Shown here piece after piece: positions 25,876 through 33,500 of a stretch of DNA of 64,000 nucleotides (position 1 is its first letter; each line of letters starts with the position of its first letter). Both the position numbers and the translations under genes were made by a program. This stretch comes from an uncultured Candidatus Peribacteria bacterium. Its GTDB lineage: Bacteria; Patescibacteriota; Gracilibacteria; Peribacterales; Peribacteraceae. The stretch lies in contig CAZXKA010000004.1 in NCBI GenBank assembly GCA_964641555.1, forward strand, positions 30,886 through 94,885. The letters are read 5' to 3'. Below the pieces are notes generated by a model. That model ran no database searches, had not been told where the DNA came from, and saw nothing but the letters and a program-made list of their open reading frames with translations.

Positions 25876-27924
25876 ATGATCGCATCGCTCTTCGCCATCG
25901 CGCTCCTCCCGCTCGTCGTGTCCGCCGCGGACGACACGCGGATCATCACGCGCGCCGAATGGGGCGCGAACGACGCTCTGCTCTTCACGGAGAGCGAACC
26001 GACGAACGGAGAAATGGCGAACGCGGGCGACAACGGCGACACGACAGCAACGAACGGAACATCCCAGCGCGAGCAAGACTGCCTGGAGGCGCAGCGGAAG
26101 TTCCCGAACGACTTCAAGACGACGAAGCGCACGACGTCCGTGGACGGCGCCACGCTCGTCTGGCCGTGGACGTACAGCAAAGACATCGATCTGATCGTCG
26201 TGCATCACACGGCCATCACGGTCAGCGGCGACCAGCGCAGCGGAGCCGAGCGGGTCCGCGCGATTTACGAGTACCACGCCCGCAACCGCGGCTGGGGCGA
26301 CGTCGGCTACCACTACCTCATCGACGAAGACGGCCAGATCTACGAAGGAAAGGCGGGCGGGAAGTACGTCGTCGGCGGGCACGCGTACTGCCACAACGTG
26401 AACACGCTGGGCATCGCGCTCCTCGGCAACTTCGACGTCGAAAAGCCGACGCAGGACCAGATGAAAGCGCTGCAGTGGCTGATCGCCGAACTGGCGGACG
26501 AATACGACATCGATCTCGACGCGAACGCGACCTACCACGGTGAGACGTACTCGTCGCCGATCCTCGACCACGGCGATCTGCTCTCGACCGGATGCCCCGG
26601 CTACTACGTGGACAAGACGCTGGCGCAGGTGCGCGAGCACGTGGAAGACGGCGATCTGGATGCGAGCATCAAGTTCCCCAAGAAACCGTCGTCGAAATCG
26701 TCGTCCTCGCGTTCTCGATCCAGCCGCGGCGCTTCGTCGCCGCGGTCGCGCTCGTCCTCGTCACGCGCGACGTTCAAAGAAGGCGTCTCCGTGCTGGGTG
26801 ATAGCACGCTCGCCGGGAGGCCGGGCGGCGAAGTGCCGTTCTCGGTCCGCTACAGCGCAGGGTCGAACGGCGTGACCGCCGGCACGCGCATCGCCGAAGT
26901 GGAGCGCTCGGATCCATCACTCGGCGTGTGGCAGCTGCGGGACGGCGTCTATGAACCGGTGCGGGGGCACATCGTGGCCGACGCGTCGGTCCCTCGGAAC
27001 TCCACGGCGGCGATCCAGTTGAAGGTGACGCTCCCCCGCGAGCGGGGTACGTGGACGCTCGACATCGGCGGTGCGCGCTACACCGTCCAAACGTCCGGCC
27101 GCGTAACAACGCCTCCGACCCGCACGACTTCCCGTGCGTCCGTGAGACCAGAGACCAGAGACCGGAGTTCTTCATCGAAGCGATCCGTATCTTCTGGTCT
27201 CCGGTCTCCGGTCTCTTCAGTGCGCTCTCTAGTTTCGTCGCGTGGTCCGACGATTCGTATCCGCTTGGAATCGCGTGACGCCGGTCTCTCCTCCTGCGAT
27301 GCTGCCGATCTGGACGCGCTGAAGCCTCTCTACCGCGGCACGCTGCGGTGCACGACGGTCGACGGGAAGCCCGCCATCATCAATACGGTGGCGATGGAAG
27401 ACTATCTGATGGGGCTCAGCGAAGAGCCCGACACCGAGCCGTACGAGAAACAGCGCGCGTTCGCGATCGCGGCCCGCACCTACGCGGCGCACTACATGGG
27501 CGATACGTACCGCAAATTCCCAGACAAACCGTACGACGGCTCCGACAGTCCGGCGATTTTCCAAAAGTACACCGGCAAAGCGTTTGAGAAGAAGAACCCC
27601 CGCTGGCTCGACGCCGTCGCAGACACGGCGCATCTCGTGCTCACGAAAGATGATCGCATCATTCGCCCGCCGTACTTCAGCAGCGACGACGGTCGCACGA
27701 AATCGCCCGCGGAAATCGGATGGGGAAGTTTTCCCTTCGCGGAAATCTTCACGGCGAAAGATGACCCGTGGTGCGAGGGGATGGAGAACCGCGGCCACGG
27801 CGTGGGCATGAGCGGATGCGGAGCCGAAGGCCAGGCGAACGAGGGGAAAACGGGCGAGAAGATTTTAGAGTACTACTATCCGGGAACCCAGCTGCAAGCC
27901 CTTTCATCGGTTTTGGACAATTAG
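25876..27924 (+). CDS. N-acetylmuramoyl-L-alanine amidase (Amidase_2/PGRP) fused to a SpoIID/LytB domain
   Basis: Signal MIASLFAIALLPLVVSAA. Amidase_2 region IVVHHTAI...GWGDVGYHYLIDEDGQIYEG...GHAYCHNVNTLGIALLGNF. Ser/Arg linker. SpoIID-like region VAMEDYLMGLSEEP...QRAFAIAARTYA. Alternative start GTG 25870. Confidence 0.88.
   Translation: MIASLFAIALLPLVVSAADDTRIITRAEWGANDALLFTESEPTNGEMANAGDNGDTTATNGTSQREQDCLEAQRKFPNDFKTTKRTTSVDGATLVWPWTYSKDIDLIVVHHTAITVSGDQRSGAERVRAIYEYHARNRGWGDVGYHYLIDEDGQIYEGKAGGKYVVGGHAYCHNVNTLGIALLGNFDVEKPTQDQMKALQWLIAELADEYDIDLDANATYHGETYSSPILDHGDLLSTGCPGYYVDKTLAQVREHVEDGDLDASIKFPKKPSSKSSSSRSRSSRGASSPRSRSSSSRATFKEGVSVLGDSTLAGRPGGEVPFSVRYSAGSNGVTAGTRIAEVERSDPSLGVWQLRDGVYEPVRGHIVADASVPRNSTAAIQLKVTLPRERGTWTLDIGGARYTVQTSGRVTTPPTRTTSRASVRPETRDRSSSSKRSVSSGLRSPVSSVRSLVSSRGPTIRIRLESRDAGLSSCDAADLDALKPLYRGTLRCTTVDGKPAIINTVAMEDYLMGLSEEPDTEPYEKQRAFAIAARTYAAHYMGDTYRKFPDKPYDGSDSPAIFQKYTGKAFEKKNPRWLDAVADTAHLVLTKDDRIIRPPYFSSDDGRTKSPAEIGWGSFPFAEIFTAKDDPWCEGMENRGHGVGMSGCGAEGQANEGKTGEKILEYYYPGTQLQALSSVLDN
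27144..27215. repeat. GAGACC-heptamer palindrome inside the amidase-SpoIID linker
   Basis: GAGACCAGAGACCAGAGACCGGAG (27144-27167) ... CTGGTCTCCGGTCTCCGGTCTC (27194-27215). In frame, encoding ETRDQ../..SGLRSPVS. Related palindrome at 62567-62620. Confidence 0.6.
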
Positions 27925-27998
27925 TTAGAAACATTCCATAATACACGCAGTCGCATGACGGTCATGCGCTGCAGGTCCTTCACCTTGGAGTGCACATC

Positions 27999-28133
27999 AT
28001 GTCGCCGTTCCTGCTCGCTGGCGCCATTGGCGTCATCATCCTCGCTCTCCTCGCCGCTCTCGTATGCATCGTGGGTGGCGGACGAGGAAGTCGCACGGAA
28101 GAAGACATGCGGAAGCACAACATGCTTCCGTAA
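27999..28133 (+). CDS. candidate small membrane protein (44 aa)
   Basis: GGAG lies 8 nt upstream of the ATG. MSPFLLAGAIGVIILALLAALVCIVGGGRGSRTEEDMRKHNMLP is one TM helix plus a basic tail. GC3-rich. A hairpin with a T tract follows. Below the ORF-track cutoff. Confidence 0.4.
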   Translation: MSPFLLAGAIGVIILALLAALVCIVGGGRGSRTEEDMRKHNMLP

Positions 28134-28159
28134 CCATCCATCACGGAAGGACGCATCCT

Positions 28160-28183
28160 ACCCCGGCGGAGCCGGGGTTATTT
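28160..28183 (+). terminator. hairpin + T tract after the small ORF
   Basis: ACCCCGGC-GGA-GCCGGGGT followed by TATTT. Confidence 0.45.
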
Positions 28184-28326
28184 CAATCGCTACAGGCCAC
28201 CACCAAGGGCGACGGCGCGGCTTCGACCGCGGCACCTTTGAACATGCGCGCGGTCACGCTCACTCCCGCCACGATGGCGACCGAGAGGAGCAGGCCGGCG
28301 AAGAGCTGGAGGGTGTCGCGTGCCAT
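28183..28326 (-). CDS. candidate small membrane protein (47 aa)
   Basis: MARDTLQLFAGLLLSVAIVAGVSVTARMFKGAAVEAAPSPLVVACSD. GC3-rich with one TM helix. No SD seen. Confidence 0.35.
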   Translation of the reverse strand: MARDTLQLFAGLLLSVAIVAGVSVTARMFKGAAVEAAPSPLVVACSD

Positions 28327-28717
28327 GGAAGCGGCGTACACCCGTATATACGAACAACCAGCCAAATCGTTACAAAAAATCTTTATGATTTCCCGTCAAG
28401 CCGTACGACCTACGCGCAGCAAACACTGCTCGCATGCTCCATGATAGCCGTTCTTCAGGCGCGCACAGGCCGTTTCAGCTTTATTGATCATCCGACATTC
28501 ATGCTCCACACGAGCAAGATCTTGGTCGCTTTCATTCAAGCGATGCGGTTGTGAGGCGAGAAAAAAAGACCGTCTCTGCTCAGGTGTCATAGTCCTAAGG
28601 GGGACAGGAGGCACCTCGGTCAAACCGGCGTTGAGTGTGTGCATATGGACCCACGCTACGCTCTCAACCAAGGGATATTCAAGAGCATCCGGCAGGGTCT
28701 ATACTGCACGCTCAGGT

Positions 28718-30172
28718 ATGGATGCACTGCCCCTCGCGGCCACGAATCCGTTCAGTCTCATCCTGTTCGGCGCGTCGGGCAATCTGGCGAAGCTGAAGCT
28801 GTACCCCGCGATCGCGATGCTCGCGGCGCACGGCCGCCTGCCCTCGAACTACGCCGTCATCGGCTTCGCGCGCACCGAGATGGACAACGACTCGTTCCGC
28901 GCGCTCGTGCGGGAATCCGTCCGCATGTCCGGATTCGACATCGATGACGACACGTTGGAAGCGTTCCTCGCCCGCTGCTTCTACCAGCGCGGCGGCTACG
29001 ACGACAAAATATCGTTCGACGCGTTGTACAAGCGGCTGCAGGACATCGAGAAAGGATGGGGAGGAGCGACGGTGCGCCTCGCGTATCTCTCGATTCCGCC
29101 GACCGCATTCGTCGACGTGCTGCATAACCTCTGCGATGCGGGCATTCACCAGGGCGCGTTCCGCTGCATCGTCGAGAAGCCCGTAGGACACGACCTAAAG
29201 AGTTTCGAAGAAATCCGGAAATCGCTCATTTCGTGTTTTCAGGAAAACGAGATCTACCTGCTCGATCACTACCTGGGCAAAGAAGCCGTTCGCAACATCT
29301 ACTACCTGCGCTTCGCGAACCCGGTGCTCGAGCGGCTCTTCGAGAATTCGCTCATTCACCACGTCGAGATCACGGCGTCCGAAACGCTCGGCATTGAAGG
29401 CCGCGCCGGATACTTCGAGGCGGCGGGCACGCTGCGCGACTTCGTCCAGAATCACATTCTGCTTATGGCGTCGCTCCTCACGATGCGCCTGCGCGAGAGT
29501 AACGACGGTTTCCGTGAAAGCCGCGCCGACGCACTCGGCCAGTTCTATTTGCCGCCCGCGGCGTCGATGGGGGATATCGTGCTCGCCGGGCAGTACGGTG
29601 CCGGCATCGTGAACGGCGAGCCCGTGCCGGGATACGCGGCGGAGGAGGGCGTGGCAAAGGATTCACGGACCAACACGTTCATCGCGTTGAAGCTGCGCAC
29701 CCGCAGCCCGCAGTTCGACGGCGTGCCGCTGTACGTGCGCACCGGCAAGCGCCTCAAGCGCCGCGAGACGCGCATTACGATCCAGTACCAAGAGCTCTAT
29801 CGCGTGGGCCCGGGCAGCAGCCCCAACCGTCTCGATATCATCCTGCAGGGCGAAGCCGGCATGAAGTTTCACCTGCAGACGAAAGTCGGCGGCACCGAAC
29901 CTCGCTTCCGCCCCCTGCTCATCGAGGATCCGCTCACCGTGACGGGCGACGTGCTGTCGGAGCACGGACTCTTGCTGCTCGAAGCCATGCGCGGCAAGCA
30001 GCAGTGGTTTCTCAGCTTCGACGAAGTACACACGGCCTGGACGCTCATCGACCCGCTGCAGGCCCACCTCGACAAGCCCAACACGCCGCTGGCAATCTAT
30101 CCCGCCGGCGCGGAATTACCGCACGAAGCGGTGGAGTGGATTGCGAAGGACGGAGTGCAGTGGTATCCGTAG
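28718..30172 (+). CDS. zwf: glucose-6-phosphate dehydrogenase
   Basis: From ATG 28718: FSLILFGASGNLAKLKLYPAI (NADP site), EKPVGHDL, IYLLDHYLGKE (active-site motif). Confidence 0.95.
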   Translation: MDALPLAATNPFSLILFGASGNLAKLKLYPAIAMLAAHGRLPSNYAVIGFARTEMDNDSFRALVRESVRMSGFDIDDDTLEAFLARCFYQRGGYDDKISFDALYKRLQDIEKGWGGATVRLAYLSIPPTAFVDVLHNLCDAGIHQGAFRCIVEKPVGHDLKSFEEIRKSLISCFQENEIYLLDHYLGKEAVRNIYYLRFANPVLERLFENSLIHHVEITASETLGIEGRAGYFEAAGTLRDFVQNHILLMASLLTMRLRESNDGFRESRADALGQFYLPPAASMGDIVLAGQYGAGIVNGEPVPGYAAEEGVAKDSRTNTFIALKLRTRSPQFDGVPLYVRTGKRLKRRETRITIQYQELYRVGPGSSPNRLDIILQGEAGMKFHLQTKVGGTEPRFRPLLIEDPLTVTGDVLSEHGLLLLEAMRGKQQWFLSFDEVHTAWTLIDPLQAHLDKPNTPLAIYPAGAELPHEAVEWIAKDGVQWYP

Positions 30173-30174
30173 CG

Positions 30175-30243
30175 AGAAGCAGAGAGCAGAAGGAGAAGCA
30201 GAAAAAATCCGCCACTGCTTCTGTTTTCTGCTTCTGCTTCTTC
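30175..30243. repeat. GCAGAA-repeat hairpin element, copy 2 (no cargo)
   Basis: GAGAAGCAGAGAGCAGAAGGAGAAGCAGAAAAAA ... CTGCTTCTGTTTTCTGCTTCTGCTTCTTC. Starts 2 nt after the zwf stop. Confidence 0.65.
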
Positions 30244-30246
30244 CGA

Positions 30247-30252
30247 TAGCCT
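30247..30252 (+). promoter_or_regulatory. -10-like TAGCCT 6 nt upstream of pgl ATG (leaderless candidate)
   Basis: TAGCCT-ttcaac-ATG (30259). Confidence 0.35.
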
Positions 30253-30258
30253 TTCAAC

Positions 30259-30969
30259 ATGCAAGCCGCCCACATACCAACGACGACCCATGATGAGTTC
30301 GTGACAGCTTCCGTCACCGTGCTCGAGAAGGCGATCGCCGGAGCGATCCATCGACTCGGTCGCTGCGTCTTGGGGCTTTCAGGCGGATCGACGCCGGGAC
30401 CCGTGTACGAACGGCTCGGACGGAAGACGTCGATCGATTGGGAACGCGTGCATCTGTTTTTGGTCGATGAGCGTTGCGTGCCGATCACCGATGACCGCAG
30501 CAACGCGCTGCTCGTCGGGCAAACGCTGTTGAAACACGCGGCCATCCCGGATCTGCAGCGCCATTTCCCTGACACCGCGCTCCCTCCGGCGGACGGCGCC
30601 GATGCGTACGATTTTGCGCTGCGCGCACTCCTGCCCGATGACGGCCCCGATGTCGTCGTGCTCGGCATGGGGGACGACGGGCACGTGGCATCGCTCTTCC
30701 CGCCGCTGACGCCCACCGATCTCTCGACGACCGACTACGCGATACACACGCACGTGCCGGTGAAGGATGACGGCGAGCCACGGTTTCCCGTGAAAGACCG
30801 CATCAGCACGACGCTGCGGCTCCTGCGCACGGCCGATACGAAAGTGTTCTTGTTGCACGGCGAAGGAAAACGCACGCCGTGGGAAGCCACGACGGAGGAC
30901 GGCGCGAGTCCGCTCCAGTGGCCGGGGAGCGTGCTGCTGCATCATGCGATCGCGGTCACACGATGGTAA
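30259..30969 (+). CDS. pgl: 6-phosphogluconolactonase
   Basis: 236 aa. LGLSGGSTPGPVYERL, LVDERCVP, VVLGMGDDGHVASLFP. Confidence 0.92.
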   Translation: MQAAHIPTTTHDEFVTASVTVLEKAIAGAIHRLGRCVLGLSGGSTPGPVYERLGRKTSIDWERVHLFLVDERCVPITDDRSNALLVGQTLLKHAAIPDLQRHFPDTALPPADGADAYDFALRALLPDDGPDVVVLGMGDDGHVASLFPPLTPTDLSTTDYAIHTHVPVKDDGEPRFPVKDRISTTLRLLRTADTKVFLLHGEGKRTPWEATTEDGASPLQWPGSVLLHHAIAVTRW

Positions 30970-30975
30970 TTCCTC

Positions 30976-31060
30976 GTCACCCTTCGACGAGCTCAGGGTG
31001 ACACGACGAGCATCATCTGAGCGTACATCGTCGTGTCATGGTGAGCCCGTCGAACCATGA
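30976..31060. repeat. three consecutive hairpins between convergent pgl and yraN
   Basis: GTCACCCT..AGGGTGAC (30976-31002), ACACGACG..CGTCGTGT (31001-31036), TCATGG..CCATGA (31036-31060). Confidence 0.5.
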
Positions 31061-31063
31061 CAC

Positions 31064-31438
31064 TCACCATTTCCCCATCATCTCCAGGTCCATCACATAC
31101 TCCACCCGATTTCCCGAGACGTACGCCGCGTCCAGGCGGTAACCGCCGTCGTAGCCGTTTTGGTGCACCCACCGCCGCGCGGCGCGCACCATGTGGCGGC
31201 GCTTCCGCCAGGTCATGTTGAGCGAGGGGTGATACTCCGCGCCGTTCGTTCGCATCTTCACCTCCACGAACGCGATGCATTTATCGAACGGATCGAACGC
31301 GACGACGTCGATTTCATCTCTCCCTAAACGGACGTTGCGTCCGAGGATGTTCATGCCTTGCCGGAGTATATGCCGCACCGCGAGCGACTCGCCGTTCGAA
31401 CCTCGGACCTGCGTAATATGGCCTGATTGATAGTGCAT
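31064..31438 (-). CDS. yraN: YraN family (UPF0102) endonuclease-like protein
   Basis: 124 aa: GESLAVRHILRQGMNILGRNVRLGRDEIDVVAFDPFDKCIAFVEVKMR. Confidence 0.85.
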   Translation of the reverse strand: MHYQSGHITQVRGSNGESLAVRHILRQGMNILGRNVRLGRDEIDVVAFDPFDKCIAFVEVKMRTNGAEYHPSLNMTWRKRRHMVRAARRWVHQNGYDGGYRLDAAYVSGNRVEYVMDLEMMGKW

Positions 31439-31532
31439 GGGCCTATTGTGCATGAAAGGTGTACGATTGTCCACCATTTCTCCTCGACAAGCGGCAGAAG
31501 GTGTATGAAAGTACACCCGATTCCTTTCTTCC

Positions 31533-33029
31533 ATGCTCACGCAACTCACATCCTTCGCCACGATCGGCCTGCAACCAGAACGCATCACGGTTGAAATCGG
31601 TTCCACCCCCGGCGAAAGCGGCATCACGATCGTCGGCCTCGGCGATACCGCCGTCCAAGAGAGCCGTCAGCGCGTGCGGATGGCCGTGCGCTCCAGCGGC
31701 TACAAATTGCCGACCGGCCGCAACGTCACGATCAATCTGGCACCCGCCGATCTCAAGAAGGTGGGCCCGCGGTACGATTTGCCGATCGCGCTCGGCCTCC
31801 TGCTCGCGCACGAAGCGATCGAACTGCCCGATGATGCACTGAAGAACGCGGCGGTGATGGGGGAGCTCTCGCTCGACGGCAGCCTGCGCCACATCACGGG
31901 CGTCCTCCCCGCGGCGATCGCCTGCCGCGAGCACGGCATCAGCACGCTCATCGTCCCCGCGGTGAACGGCGCCGAGGCATCGCTCGTACCGGGCGTGCGA
32001 ATCATCGCGGCCGAGCACCTGAACGACTTACTCGCGATCCTCCGCGACGAGAAAAACCCACCGACCTTCGACCCTCCCGCGGCGAGCATTGCCCGCGAGG
32101 ATGCGATCGATTTCGGCGATATCCGCGGCCAAGAACAGGCCAAACGTGCACTCGAAATCGCCGCGGCGGGAGGCCATAACGTGCTGCTCAGCGGCGCGCC
32201 GGGCTCCGGCAAAACGCTCCTCGCGCAGGCGCTGCGCGGCATCCTTCCGCCGCTCTCCACCGAGGAATCGCTCGAGGTGACGCAGGTGTATTCTGTCGCC
32301 AACCTCCTCTCGGCGGGCACGCCCCTCGTCCGCGAGCGGCCCTTTCGCTCGGTGCATCACACGGCCAGCGGCGTCTCGCTCGTCGGCGGCGGCCAGCTGC
32401 CGGGCCCCGGCGAAATCAGCTTGGCACACCGAGGCGTCCTGTTTTTGGATGAAGTAGCGGAGTTTCCACCAAACGTTCTCGAGGTGTTGCGACAGCCATT
32501 GGAAGACCGCCGCGTGACGATCAACCGCATCCAGGGAAGCGCGACGTATCCCGCCGACGTCCTCTTGGTAGCAGCGATGAACCCACCGGCGCATACGACG
32601 TCGACGCCCGCGGCCATGAAACGTCGCATCAGCGCGCCGTTCTTGGATCGCATCGACCTCACAATCGATGTCCGACCCGTTCCATTGGAGGACTTATCGC
32701 AAAAACGTACGAACGGCGGCGATTCCACCGCGACCATTCTCGCCCGCGTCGTCGCGGCTCGGGAGCGCCAGCGACGCCGGTTCGCGGGAATGTCGATCAG
32801 TACGAACAAAGAAATGGGCATCCGCGACTTGCAGCGGTTCTGCCCGCTCGACGACGCCTCGGAAACGCTCCTCCGCCAAGCCGCCGGTCGTCTCAACCTC
32901 TCGGCACGCAGCTACCACCGCACCATCAAGGTTGCGCGTACCGTGGCGGATCTCGCCGGCAGCGACGCGATCACCCCCGCTCATGTGGCGGAAGCGTTGC
33001 AGTATCGGCAGCCGATCGGGCTGGAATAA
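31533..33029 (+). CDS. comM: YifB/ComM family Mg-chelatase-like AAA+ ATPase
   Basis: 498 aa. Lon-like N-domain, Walker A LLSGAPGSGKT, GVLFLDEVAEF, C-terminal ChlI region. Confidence 0.95.
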   Translation: MLTQLTSFATIGLQPERITVEIGSTPGESGITIVGLGDTAVQESRQRVRMAVRSSGYKLPTGRNVTINLAPADLKKVGPRYDLPIALGLLLAHEAIELPDDALKNAAVMGELSLDGSLRHITGVLPAAIACREHGISTLIVPAVNGAEASLVPGVRIIAAEHLNDLLAILRDEKNPPTFDPPAASIAREDAIDFGDIRGQEQAKRALEIAAAGGHNVLLSGAPGSGKTLLAQALRGILPPLSTEESLEVTQVYSVANLLSAGTPLVRERPFRSVHHTASGVSLVGGGQLPGPGEISLAHRGVLFLDEVAEFPPNVLEVLRQPLEDRRVTINRIQGSATYPADVLLVAAMNPPAHTTSTPAAMKRRISAPFLDRIDLTIDVRPVPLEDLSQKRTNGGDSTATILARVVAARERQRRRFAGMSISTNKEMGIRDLQRFCPLDDASETLLRQAAGRLNLSARSYHRTIKVARTVADLAGSDAITPAHVAEALQYRQPIGLE

Positions 33030-33500
33030 GAAGCAGAAGCAGAATGTAGAAGCAGAATTTTTTATTCTTTATAGGACTATCATGAGCCAATCCACAACAT
33101 CATCGATTCGAACGTTCATGGACCTGATTGCATGGCAAAAAGGACACATGTTAGTTTTAAAAATCTACGCTGTTACGAAAGCATTTCCTTCCACCGAAAC
33201 ATTTGGACTGTCATCGCAATTACGCAGAGCAGCAGTGTCTGTCACGTCTAACCTTGCAGAAGGATATCGACGCCAATCATGGAAAGAAAAAGCGCAATTC
33301 TTCAGCACAAGCTTAGGATCGATTACGGAAATACAGAATCAAGTACTGATCGCAAAAGACGTCGGTTACATCAATGAACAAACGTATCGTGACATTTCGA
33401 CGTGTGCAGAAGAAGTTAGCCGTATCACATTTGGATTGCTTTCAAAAACACGAGAGCGTGGAGAGTAGAAATCTGCTTCTGCTTCTCCTTTCTGCTTCTT
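33029..33500. mobile_element. candidate IVS-like cassette: four-helix-bundle gene bracketed by GCAGAA inverted repeats
   Basis: Left arm AGAAGCAGAAGCAGAATGTAGAAGCAGAAT (33029-33058). Right arm AATCTGCTTCTGCTTCTCCTTTCTGCTTCTT (33470-33500). AT-rich interior in a GC-rich context. The arms abut the stop codons of both flanking genes. Confidence 0.4.
33082..33468 (+). CDS. four-helix-bundle protein (23S rRNA-IVS protein / Avd family)
   Basis: 128 aa: FMDLIAWQKGHMLVLKIYAVTKAFPSTETFGLSSQLRRAAVSVTSNLAEGYRRQS...LGSITEIQNQVLIAKDVGYI. A/T-rich codon usage. Confidence 0.92.
   Translation: MSQSTTSSIRTFMDLIAWQKGHMLVLKIYAVTKAFPSTETFGLSSQLRRAAVSVTSNLAEGYRRQSWKEKAQFFSTSLGSITEIQNQVLIAKDVGYINEQTYRDISTCAEEVSRITFGLLSKTRERGE

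Noticed and set aside
27921-28118. 65-aa acidic minus-strand ORF overlapping the hydrolase stop.
   Set aside because: It is the antisense of a more plausible 44-aa single-TM peptide on the plus strand that has a GGAG at the correct spacing and a terminator. Its acidic run is what the reverse complement of a GC-rich TM helix produces.
28396-28671. 91-aa minus-strand ORF upstream of zwf.
   Set aside because: It has mixed, non-host-like codon usage, no SD or -10/N6 pattern, and no recognisable family. It is mentioned in a finding as a weak candidate but is not listed as a feature.
33082-33468. Four-helix-bundle gene considered as the Avd component of a diversity-generating retroelement.
   Set aside because: No reverse transcriptase ORF (no YxDD-type protein) exists anywhere in the window. 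I also found no template/variable repeat pair near it or in the C-termini of the surface proteins.
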